Below, piece after piece: positions 39,728-49,162 of a DNA stretch of 64,000 nt (position 1 is the first letter of the stretch; each line of letters begins with the position of its first letter). The notes under the pieces were generated by a model. It was not told where the DNA came from, ran no database searches, and saw only the letters and a program-made list of their open reading frames with translations. Where the stretch lies: the IMG/VR virus record IMGVR_UViG_3300032215_000682, positions 32,001 through 96,000 of that record; one strand, written 5' to 3'. The position numbers and the translations under genes were made by a program. The DNA comes from a virus.

Positions 39728-41656
39728 TTAAAGAACAACTGGAGGCAATTGTATAGGGCTAGATTGAAGGTATGAATTAATTGCCACCTCAAATTGTTTA
39801 CCTGTAGTTTCAGGAAAGTAAAAATGATACTCAAATTTTTCATCTTTATGTCTAGCAAATGAACCATCAGGAGTTTCATAATCATAGTTCAATACATATT
39901 CATCATAATATTGATCTAAGTCAGTCATGAAATGCCAGATTTTCATATCTCTTTCAGCAGGATCAGCAGCCCAAGGGTCATTAAAATAACTTCTTGAAAG
40001 CCTTTCAAATTCTGCTACAAACCTACCATTACCTGAAGGATATTTTACTTCCTGTACAAGTGTTACAGGCCATGTATGACCACAAAGTTGTGTATAGTCA
40101 TTTATATCAGGATTTCTTTCTGAAATTTCTATGAACAATGGATCACTTTCATAAGGCACTGCATCAAAGAAACATTCTTGAGATTGTCTTGCAACATAAG
40201 CACTTTCAAATTTAACACCACAAACACAATTAGTACCATAAATATTACCATCAACTTCAGTCCACCTAATACCTTGGAAGGCAGCAGGAGCAGTGAATGT
40301 GTAATTTTGAATGTCACATGTATCACATGCTATATTATCAGAAACTCCTGTTATTTGATATACAGATGTACAATCAGAAGTGTTATTACTTACAAGAGTT
40401 ACACCATTTCCATATATTGATTGCAACACTGCAAGAGATGTACCACCACAAGCAGGATTTTCAAGAGTTATTTGGAAATATGTTTGAGCTTTAGTACATG
40501 TTCCTACATTAGTCCAAGCTGTTGTCAATCCAGGGCCTGTAAGACTACAAGTATTTTCTTGTACATCTATAAAAGCTACAACATCACCTGCTGTTACAGG
40601 ACTAAGTGTGCTAGTTGATTTATGTACTTCATAAATAGAAGAACCATATTGATATGCAAGTCTTATTGCTGTAGTGTCTGAATAATTTGATTTAAGAGTG
40701 GTAAGAGCACTTGCATTACCAGCATCAGTTCTTGTTACAGTGTAAATATACAAAGCAGCATTGTATGTATAACCAGAAGGACATGATGTACAATTTGGTA
40801 TAATACTAGAATCTAGAGATTGATAAGCTGCTGGAGCACTAGCAATAGCAGGTTGACTAAATTGATAAGTGCTATAAGCATCTATTCTATTTATTCTTGT
40901 TATTACAAGTCCTGGATATTGTGCTTGCACAGAAGCCAAAGCATCTGGTGTACCTGCATCAAGTACAGTGAGATTATAATTTGTGTAATTAGTAGTGGTA
41001 TATCCTGAAGGTGTACCACAATTAAGCAATTTAGTAGCTTTTACATATTTAGAAAGATATTGACCACCAACTGTCTTTCTACCATTTACCATTGTACCTG
41101 CAACTTTTCTACCATTTATTGCATTTATAATAGCATCAGCTACTACATTACAATCAGTAGTGGCAGCACAATTATCAACACAATCACTTGCACAAGGAAG
41201 TGTAATAGTTATTTCTTCTACTAAATATCTCCTTTGGTCAGGAAAAAAGTTAAGAATTGGTTGACCTGAAAGTTTTATCCAGAATGTATATACTTGTCCT
41301 GGATTTGCTGTCAATGTTTTTGAAGCATTAACACCATCATAACCAAGAGTAACAATTCTATTCTGTGGTCTTTGAGAAGCTTTACCCACCCAACTTTTAA
41401 TGAGTTTACCATTAATTACAGGTGTTTTATAGGTTTCATTACCTAAAGCTGCACCATCTGGTAGCATACTCCTATCTTCTGTTCCTTGAGCTATTACAAG
41501 CTTTGGAGAAACATTATAAGATGGAGCTGTTTGAGCTTGCCATGTTTTTGCATCAAATACACCTATCTGACCAACTGCTAAGTCTGTAGTAGTGCCTGAG
41601 CTAAGAAGAGTACCTGTAGTGGCTACAAAGCAATTTCTGTAGGATTTATATGCCAT
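39728..41656 (-). CDS. Auxiliary capsid/major structural protein (Cys-rich)
   Basis: TTDLAVGQIGVFD N-terminus. Third gene after the MCP, with a terminator directly downstream. Confidence 0.55.
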   Translation of the reverse strand: MAYKSYRNCFVATTGTLLSSGTTTDLAVGQIGVFDAKTWQAQTAPSYNVSPKLVIAQGTEDRSMLPDGAALGNETYKTPVINGKLIKSWVGKASQRPQNRIVTLGYDGVNASKTLTANPGQVYTFWIKLSGQPILNFFPDQRRYLVEEITITLPCASDCVDNCAATTDCNVVADAIINAINGRKVAGTMVNGRKTVGGQYLSKYVKATKLLNCGTPSGYTTTNYTNYNLTVLDAGTPDALASVQAQYPGLVITRINRIDAYSTYQFSQPAIASAPAAYQSLDSSIIPNCTSCPSGYTYNAALYIYTVTRTDAGNASALTTLKSNYSDTTAIRLAYQYGSSIYEVHKSTSTLSPVTAGDVVAFIDVQENTCSLTGPGLTTAWTNVGTCTKAQTYFQITLENPACGGTSLAVLQSIYGNGVTLVSNNTSDCTSVYQITGVSDNIACDTCDIQNYTFTAPAAFQGIRWTEVDGNIYGTNCVCGVKFESAYVARQSQECFFDAVPYESDPLFIEISERNPDINDYTQLCGHTWPVTLVQEVKYPSGNGRFVAEFERLSRSYFNDPWAADPAERDMKIWHFMTDLDQYYDEYVLNYDYETPDGSFARHKDEKFEYHFYFPETTGKQFEVAINSYLQSSPIQLPPVVL

Positions 41657-41668
41657 TTGTTTTTATTT

Positions 41669-42331
41669 TTATGATTCTGAATTTATTCTATCTTTTGCTA
41701 AAGCCACTCCTAATTGATTTTCATAATTTCTCATGAATTCCTCAGCAGCTCTACTTATTATTTGATCTACATATTGTTCTGAAAGTATAATTGGAGCATT
41801 AGTAGAAGCTGTTCCATCTATTTTTATATAACCTTCAATATCTAATGGAGGAATAAGTTTGAAATATTCAACATCCACTTTTAAAATTTCAAAGTCTGTT
41901 TTATAAACTCTTAATTTATTATTTTGAATTGTTAAAAAACTCCATTCCCATTCAAAACTTGGCTTATTAAATTCATCAAAATATACAATTTGTTTATTTG
42001 GATTTTTTATTTCTCTAAGCCTTATTGTTCTTTTACAATTTCCTTTTTTAGCTAAACATTTGGCATCTATGAATTCATAAAATTCATTTGTAAAACTAAA
42101 ATCAGAATATTCATCATAAACAGTAGGAGAAACAATTGAAACAGATTTAACAAGTTCTTGAATAGAATCTATTAGAATAGAATTCTTATTTTTTAACTGT
42201 TGATCTACCCATCTATTCTTTTGCTCATTAAATATAGTGATGAATCTTCCCTTATCACAAGTTCTATTAGCTCCTGTGTTATTCCTATTTATTTTTATTA
42301 GAAATTTTGAATAACATTCTTGTGGGGACAT
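41669..42331 (-). CDS. Ring (head-tail connector) protein
   Basis: FNKPSFEW motif and C-terminal ILSE..VDQIISRA. crAss capsid-module synteny. Confidence 0.55.
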   Translation of the reverse strand: MSPQECYSKFLIKINRNNTGANRTCDKGRFITIFNEQKNRWVDQQLKNKNSILIDSIQELVKSVSIVSPTVYDEYSDFSFTNEFYEFIDAKCLAKKGNCKRTIRLREIKNPNKQIVYFDEFNKPSFEWEWSFLTIQNNKLRVYKTDFEILKVDVEYFKLIPPLDIEGYIKIDGTASTNAPIILSEQYVDQIISRAAEEFMRNYENQLGVALAKDRINSES

Positions 42332-42374
42332 TTTCTATTTGTTTGTTTGTGTATGATTTAGTTATAAATCATCA

Positions 42375-43310
42375 TTAGCCAGCTATATTTTTTCTATTAG
42401 CTTCATGTTTTTTAACTTTTCCTATTAATTCAGCAAGTTCACCTGCCATATCTGGAGTTTTAAAATATTCAATACTTTCTTTTTCTGTACCTCTATAATT
42501 TAATCCACCTCTGTAGAAAAGTTTATCTGAACTATTATATTTTATAATACCATAAATAACAGCCCTTTTAAATGTGTTAGCTATTATAAGTTCTTCATTA
42601 GAAAGTTTACAAGCTTCAAAGAATGCTTCTAATGTATTTTCATATTTATTACCTTCTGTTGTATAAGTTTCTAAATCTTCTTCAAGTTTATCAAAACTTA
42701 TATTTTTCTTAGGTTTGAGTCCTAAATAGAAAGTTACATTCCAAGCTCTATCATATCCTGTTTGCTCATCTTCAAAAAGAGCAGTCATTTCAACACTTCT
42801 CTTTCTTTCCATCCTAATTTTAGTTTTGTTAAAAGACACTTCTTCTTCTTCAGAAGTAAGATAGAATTTAGCATTTCTAAATCTAGGGTCATGCATTTCT
42901 GATTTAGAGAAAGGTATATCACCCCTTCTCTTTAATACTATCAATGCAAGTTCATCCATTGGATTGGATTCAGGATGAAATTCTCTAACATTTCCTTTCA
43001 TATCTACTACAAAAGGTATGACATATCCATCCCAAAATTGAACATTTTTATATGACAAGTCATCTATACCAGTGAGAGCTTGAAGTTGTTCCCTCTTTTC
43101 TTTCACTTCTTTTTGTTTGGCTTCTCTTTCTTTCTTATCTTGTATTCTAAGAATTTGAGGATCATTTTCATCAAATCCTGTTAAATGTCTATTAAGATTG
43201 GAATCAAAAAGAGGACAAAGATAATCACCTGTGTTAGGATATTTAGACAAATTATACTGTCCTAACTGTTCATATTTATTTACTTTCTGATATGCTTTTG
43301 TTGCTAACAT
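42375..43310 (-). CDS. Conserved capsid-module protein
   Basis: Directly downstream of the MCP. HLTGFDE, FWD and NPMDEL motifs. Confidence 0.5.
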   Translation of the reverse strand: MLATKAYQKVNKYEQLGQYNLSKYPNTGDYLCPLFDSNLNRHLTGFDENDPQILRIQDKKEREAKQKEVKEKREQLQALTGIDDLSYKNVQFWDGYVIPFVVDMKGNVREFHPESNPMDELALIVLKRRGDIPFSKSEMHDPRFRNAKFYLTSEEEEVSFNKTKIRMERKRSVEMTALFEDEQTGYDRAWNVTFYLGLKPKKNISFDKLEEDLETYTTEGNKYENTLEAFFEACKLSNEELIIANTFKRAVIYGIIKYNSSDKLFYRGGLNYRGTEKESIEYFKTPDMAGELAELIGKVKKHEANRKNIAG

Positions 43311-43341
43311 TTTATTGGTTTTTGTTTGCGTTTATTTTAAA

Positions 43342-45003
43342 TTAATTATAGTTGTTTTGTATAGCATCCAACTCAACAAGTACACTGCGGGTAGGATCTT
43401 TTAACCATATAGAAGATTGACCTTCTGCTATCATTCTAAATCCATCTGTAGCACTTGATGCAACACCATATTTACCTGAATAAAGTCCATAAGGAGATGT
43501 TCTACCATTTATAATTGTAAATTTAGTGGCAGGCATTCCAGAGTTTCTCACCATGAAAACATTAGCATTCTTATTAGCACCATCCATAAATTCTATAGAA
43601 GAACTTGGTGTAGCTGCATTTGTAGATTCACCATCTGTAACATCAAATATTGCAGAAGTGTAAGAATATCTACCATAAGCTCCTATTAGAGGCTCATCTG
43701 CTTTCCTAGATGTTTGTGCATCAAAAGCTGGATTGTATTCAATTTCCACCCATCCTGTACCTGGAAGATACATTTTACTCACTTCAAAACCTGCACTAAG
43801 ATTCATTCTATCACCTGATACAATACCAAGAGATTTATTATCTAGCATCAAGCCAAATTGTGTAGCTGTTCTTTGAAGTTCTTCAGCAAAAATTCTTGTA
43901 TATTCATTCACTGCACCTCTACCACCTTGCACTTTAAAATGCCTATCTTTAGGAGCAATATCAGGTCTTGAATAGAACAATGAACCAAAAGCATTCATAA
44001 TAGCTTCTCTAGAATACCTAGGAATCCTATATCTATTACCTTTTTTCATTTGGTCATACAAACCACCATTAATAAACATCTTCATACCTCTTGCACCCAT
44101 AACCTCTCCAGGTTGTGCCCACATGAGTTCATTTTCTTCCATTCTAAGATATTCTTTAGCTATCATGATTTCCACCATTGAAGCCCAAGTAAGAGTACCT
44201 TTTTCTATTCCACCTTTTCCATCATTCTTACCAAACACAAGAGCAAACTCTTCTGATTGAGGAGACATCATAGAATTATATCTTTTTTCAAAATCTATAT
44301 TCTTAGGAAGTTTCAATCTACTTGCAGAACCTGTAATAGTGTATTCAACACCTCTCCAAGAACCAAGTTTATGAAGCAACTTCATCATTCCAGACTCTTC
44401 TACTATACCAGAGAATTGTTCTGAGAATTCATCTATTCTATTAGACACTTTGAAGAATTGTGTTCCTGGAGACAAATAATATTTATCAAACCAAGAATTC
44501 TTTTTATCTACAGCTACAAGTTCCACTGTATATACAAAACCTTCACCCAATTGATCTCCAACTTCTCTAATAAAGAGATTTTGACCATCCCTAAAATCAT
44601 ATGTTATTGTATCACCTTTTTGGAATGTAGGCATGTTAGAACCATCACCAAGCAATACATCAAATGTTTGACCATCTATACCTGGTTTAATGTTTGTAAC
44701 ATCAGTGATGTCTTCCATCACCCTTACACCTTCAAGCTTATAAGGCATTGAGAATGTAAATTCACCATCATCACCATTTACATATATGACATTCTTTTGA
44801 AGTTCTGTCATTTTTATCAAAGGTGTGCTTATAAGTTGCATTTGATTCCATACATCTATAACACCCAAATATGTTCTTGAAATATCTTCACCCCATATAT
44901 TGAATAAGTGGTTAGCATCTGAAAATATACCAGATGTTTTAAAAGCAGATTTCTTAACTACTAGGTTATTACCAAATGCACTAAAAGTAGGATATTGTGC
45001 CAT
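43342..45003 (-). CDS. Major capsid protein
   Basis: 553 aa with PGIDGQTF, ENELMW, GGLYDQM, YNPAFD and C-terminal IWLKDPTR. Order is terminase-portal-scaffold-MCP. Confidence 0.8.
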   Translation of the reverse strand: MAQYPTFSAFGNNLVVKKSAFKTSGIFSDANHLFNIWGEDISRTYLGVIDVWNQMQLISTPLIKMTELQKNVIYVNGDDGEFTFSMPYKLEGVRVMEDITDVTNIKPGIDGQTFDVLLGDGSNMPTFQKGDTITYDFRDGQNLFIREVGDQLGEGFVYTVELVAVDKKNSWFDKYYLSPGTQFFKVSNRIDEFSEQFSGIVEESGMMKLLHKLGSWRGVEYTITGSASRLKLPKNIDFEKRYNSMMSPQSEEFALVFGKNDGKGGIEKGTLTWASMVEIMIAKEYLRMEENELMWAQPGEVMGARGMKMFINGGLYDQMKKGNRYRIPRYSREAIMNAFGSLFYSRPDIAPKDRHFKVQGGRGAVNEYTRIFAEELQRTATQFGLMLDNKSLGIVSGDRMNLSAGFEVSKMYLPGTGWVEIEYNPAFDAQTSRKADEPLIGAYGRYSYTSAIFDVTDGESTNAATPSSSIEFMDGANKNANVFMVRNSGMPATKFTIINGRTSPYGLYSGKYGVASSATDGFRMIAEGQSSIWLKDPTRSVLVELDAIQNNYN

Positions 45004-45019
45004 TTTTTATTGTTTAATA

Positions 45020-46195
45020 TTAAATTGTAAAAGGATTCTTTTGTTTTGTTTTACTTGCAAATTCAGGAGCAAAAGTTGTTTTCTTTGTACCTTCACCTTG
45101 ACTTCTCCTTAAAAAATCAAATGTAGCTTTTTTCACTTCATTTGCTGTAACATTTTCATTTTCAAATTTATCAAAATCTTTTACAAATTTAACAAATTTA
45201 TAATATTTTTTAGGATCTTGTTGTATTTCTAAAAATTTAGCTCTAAAATCATTATTAACACCTTCTGGTGTATTTTTATATTCAAAGTAAAATTTTTCTA
45301 ATTCTTTTTTTTCTCTATCAGGAAGATTGTCAGAATGTATAAATTTCTTCATACTCTGATTAAATTGCTGTTCAGCAATCTTTCTTCTATTCTCATATTC
45401 TTTTTGAGCAGCTTGTGTAGCTTCTAATTCTTCTTTAACAGAATCTAATAGAAGAGTTTTATTTTCTGTAGCCTCATTCCTAAGAGCTTCATCACCTTCT
45501 TCTTTAAGAAAATTGATTTGTTTATCAGTCCAAGTTTTAGACTTACCAGCTCTTGTATAATATTCTCTAATTATTTCTTCACAACCTTCAGTTGTTTCAA
45601 TATCAATAGCAGAAATATCTCTTTCTTGTTCAAATATAGAAAGAATTTGTCTTGGATCACCATTATTAGCTTCAAACTCTACAAGTTGTTTAGCTACATC
45701 ACCAAGAGTGTTTATTTTTTCTGAGACAGCATCTTCAGCTTGAGCTTTCACTTGTGCTTTAAGAAGTTCTCCAAATGAATTCTTATCAAATTCAAAAGTA
45801 TCTCTACCATCAAAATCAATAAAAAGTCCTTCTTGAACTAAATAATCCACTGCTGACTTATAATCAATATCTAAAGACTCAGAAGATTTTTCTTCTTTTA
45901 CATCTTTAGACATTGGTTTTTTTTCTTTTTTAGCAGGAATTTCTGCTTTTTCTTCTGAGGATTTTTCCTCAATTTCTTCTTCCTCATCTTCTTCAAAAGC
46001 ATCTAAATCTTTGATTTCAAGCTTTTTATTAGAAAGAGAATTAACAGATTCTTTAGTGGATTCTGTTTTTTCAATAACTTTTCCCTCTTCAGAGGCTTTC
46101 AATATATCTTTCTCAGACACATCTGGGGAAAGCATATTATTTATTTCATCATCAGATAGGCTTTCTATCTGAATAGATCCTGGTGAATTGAACAT
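45020..46195 (-). CDS. Scaffold-like acidic protein
   Basis: E/K-rich coiled coil between portal and MCP. Confidence 0.65.
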   Translation of the reverse strand: MFNSPGSIQIESLSDDEINNMLSPDVSEKDILKASEEGKVIEKTESTKESVNSLSNKKLEIKDLDAFEEDEEEEIEEKSSEEKAEIPAKKEKKPMSKDVKEEKSSESLDIDYKSAVDYLVQEGLFIDFDGRDTFEFDKNSFGELLKAQVKAQAEDAVSEKINTLGDVAKQLVEFEANNGDPRQILSIFEQERDISAIDIETTEGCEEIIREYYTRAGKSKTWTDKQINFLKEEGDEALRNEATENKTLLLDSVKEELEATQAAQKEYENRRKIAEQQFNQSMKKFIHSDNLPDREKKELEKFYFEYKNTPEGVNNDFRAKFLEIQQDPKKYYKFVKFVKDFDKFENENVTANEVKKATFDFLRRSQGEGTKKTTFAPEFASKTKQKNPFTI

Positions 46196-46280
46196 ATGTG
46201 CTTATTGGTTTAATGTAAAAGTAATATTAATTTTTGATTAAAAAAATTTTTTAAAAAGTCTAATTATTTATATAGTATAT

Positions 46281-46455
46281 TTATAACCAAATGTATTCTT
46301 CTTGACTTATCCATACTTTAATTCTATTAGAATTAGACTCTTTTATTTTTTTTATAGTTTCTTCAGAATGCTTATACCATTTTCTATTTTCTACTATTAG
46401 ATTTTTAGTAACATCAGACATTTTTCTTCCTTTATTACCATGTTCTAATAATTTC
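46281..46455 (-). pseudogene. NUMOD3 repeat remnant of a homing endonuclease
   Basis: GNKGRKMSDVTKNLI and KHSEETIKKIKESN with no nuclease domain and no clear start. Confidence 0.5.
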
Positions 46456-49155
46456 TTATTTGGATGGCTTCCTTGCTTTTGCAATTTGTTTGTCTGCTTG
46501 TATTCTTTCTCTTTCAAGGGTGGCTTTAATTTTAGATTCTTTTTCTTTCAAATTAAGTTCTTTATCTTTTAGTTTGAGTTTGTCTCCTTCAAGTTTATTC
46601 TTCTTATTTTCAGCTTCTCTTTGTAAAGCAAGTTCTCTAATATGTTTAAGTTTTTCAAACTCTAATTTCTCAGCATCAAGAGATTGATTAGCAACATCTT
46701 GTATAAGAGCACCATCTTTAGTGTAGCCTGTAGCTTTTATTTCAGCTTCTCTAATTTTAGTTTCTCTATCAAGTTGCTTATTCATATTTTCATTTTCTCT
46801 AGCTTTTTCAGCCTCATCAGCAGCAACTTTCAATTGAGCATCTTGCATTTCTTTTTGTTGACTCTGCATAGCTTGTTCATTTTGATTAAGCTCACTTTCA
46901 GCTTGTTCTAACATCTTCTGAAGATCTTTAACACTATTTGCAGCCACCATAGAGACAAGTTTACTCATTGGAAGCTTAGTGGTATTATTATTTATTGCAA
47001 GTTGTCTAATAGCTTCTAATTGTCTCTGAGCCTCTTGTGAATTAATTATATTAACACCCAAGTCTCTAAGCATTAAATCTGTACCATTAACTTTAATAAA
47101 TGATTTACCAAGATCTGATGTAACATAAGACATTGTAATATCATCTTCTCTTAAAGCTACAAATTGAGCTATATCAAGATGCATTTTAAGCTTTCTTTTC
47201 TTATAATTATAGAATTTTTCAAAATAAGATTCTGTTTGAGCATAAGAGTTATTAACAGCTTGTGTTGTACCTGTAGCTGTTTCACTAGCTTGCACTTGTC
47301 CTGCTCTTTGTGGTGTAATTCCTATTTGCATATAAGCTTGTTGTTCTACAAGCATAGCAAGATTTATAAGAGCTTGTACTTTATCATGTTCTGACATATC
47401 CACTTGTTGAAAGTGTGCAAAGTTAGAACCTTGTGTATTTTGAGGTCTAGCATCTACAATACCAAGCCCTAATGATTTAGCAATAGTCATAAATTTTTGA
47501 GCACCTTCTTCACTTCCCCAATCTTTTAATGAAGGAATTATATTCACATCCATTAAAAAGAATTTACCAAGATTTTTTTGTGCTATTTCATATGCTTGAT
47601 TATAAAGCATATTATAAAAGATTTGATAGGGCTTGAGCAAATCTACTAAAGCCATACTCCTACCATTTCTATTATTAAATATTTGTCCACAAACAGGAAG
47701 TTTAGAATTAAAAGGATTGTAATCACCTTTAAATTGGAATTCATTAGGAGCTATATCTAAATATATAGCCATTCCTTTCCTCTTTTCTTGATCCATATTG
47801 TAATTAGCATTAATTTTAATGCCTTTCCAAGTTTGAGGTGCCCATGTCCAACATATTGTATTAGGCTCATCAGAATCTCTAAAAGATTTATCTACTATTT
47901 CTATATCAAATAATTTAGGATTGAAATTCTCATCTACTATATGTACTATAGGCTCTCCTGTTTGTTCATCTAATAGAATAAGCTTACCAATTTTTCTTTG
48001 AGATCTCCAATAAGCTTCTGTCACTTGAACTAAATCTCTTTGTGTAAAATAGTGATTAGAGCCATATAATAAATTATTTTCATTAGCTGCATCAAGAGAA
48101 GGAATACCTGCAAGAGGAAGTCCTGAATGTGGATCAAATCCTAATGTATTCACTTGACTAGCAAAATCTCTATACCCATCCCAAGGATACATTGTAGCAT
48201 TAAAAAATTCTGTATAAACATCTTCAGATGTACCTTTCTTATAATATTCTGGATAGAGGCTTTCTATTTCATCTTGAGTCATTTTCCATCCATATCTATC
48301 TATTATTTGAGCTTTAGATATAAAAAACACTCTTCCTATAAAATCTCCTTCTTCTAAATATCTTACTTCAGGACTATAATGAAAGAATGTATTTATTGGA
48401 TTCCAATTCTCAACATCATATCCTGTAGATGTTAAATAATAATGTGCAAAACATCTATCTGCCACTAAAACATCTTCAAATTGTTCTTGTTCTTTTTCTC
48501 TTATATAAAGCTTCTCTGTATCATTAAGAATAATACTCTCACCCCATGATTCAGCAGCACTTCTATAGTCATATCTCATGTATTTTTCAATAGACTTAGG
48601 TGTTAGCTCTTGTTCTTTCTGTTGTAAATCTTTTTGATAAGCATCTGCTTCTTCTTGACTTTGAAAGTCTTTTTTATTAACATCAACACCTTGTCTCTGA
48701 AGTTTCATCATCACTTCTTTATGCACTTCTCCTTGCATATAAGATTGTAACATTTCTGTTTTAGTTCTAAGGAATTCAGAATCTGCTTCATTGCCAGAAG
48801 CACTCACCCTAAATATATCAGGTCTTTTTATAAATTCTCCCACTAGAATATTAACAGCTTTAGATGTAATATCATAATGCTTTAAATATTTAGGAATGGA
48901 AAATTCTTGAGCAACAGTGCTAGACAAATCTGCTATATCTTCTTTATCAAAATAATGTTCAGCAATAAATCTGCCTTTGATTATTTCATAATTTTCTTTA
49001 AGAGCAAGATTTTGAACAAATTGTATTCTGCCTATGCTCTCTAATGAATCCATACAGTCTTTACCCCACTTTCCCTTGTCTTGTAACTTTCTTTTTAAAG
49101 GTACTTGTTGTGGCGGAAGTTGAGCGTTTATACTTTTGTTTATATTATTTAACAT
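46456..49155 (-). CDS. Portal protein
   Basis: LPPQQVP..K, KHYDI..KAVNILVGE, KLPVCG, LVDLLKPYQIFYN, GITPQRAG and a C-terminal coiled coil. Confidence 0.88.
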   Translation of the reverse strand: MLNNINKSINAQLPPQQVPLKRKLQDKGKWGKDCMDSLESIGRIQFVQNLALKENYEIIKGRFIAEHYFDKEDIADLSSTVAQEFSIPKYLKHYDITSKAVNILVGEFIKRPDIFRVSASGNEADSEFLRTKTEMLQSYMQGEVHKEVMMKLQRQGVDVNKKDFQSQEEADAYQKDLQQKEQELTPKSIEKYMRYDYRSAAESWGESIILNDTEKLYIREKEQEQFEDVLVADRCFAHYYLTSTGYDVENWNPINTFFHYSPEVRYLEEGDFIGRVFFISKAQIIDRYGWKMTQDEIESLYPEYYKKGTSEDVYTEFFNATMYPWDGYRDFASQVNTLGFDPHSGLPLAGIPSLDAANENNLLYGSNHYFTQRDLVQVTEAYWRSQRKIGKLILLDEQTGEPIVHIVDENFNPKLFDIEIVDKSFRDSDEPNTICWTWAPQTWKGIKINANYNMDQEKRKGMAIYLDIAPNEFQFKGDYNPFNSKLPVCGQIFNNRNGRSMALVDLLKPYQIFYNMLYNQAYEIAQKNLGKFFLMDVNIIPSLKDWGSEEGAQKFMTIAKSLGLGIVDARPQNTQGSNFAHFQQVDMSEHDKVQALINLAMLVEQQAYMQIGITPQRAGQVQASETATGTTQAVNNSYAQTESYFEKFYNYKKRKLKMHLDIAQFVALREDDITMSYVTSDLGKSFIKVNGTDLMLRDLGVNIINSQEAQRQLEAIRQLAINNNTTKLPMSKLVSMVAANSVKDLQKMLEQAESELNQNEQAMQSQQKEMQDAQLKVAADEAEKARENENMNKQLDRETKIREAEIKATGYTKDGALIQDVANQSLDAEKLEFEKLKHIRELALQREAENKKNKLEGDKLKLKDKELNLKEKESKIKATLERERIQADKQIAKARKPSK

Positions 49156-49162
49156 TTATTAT

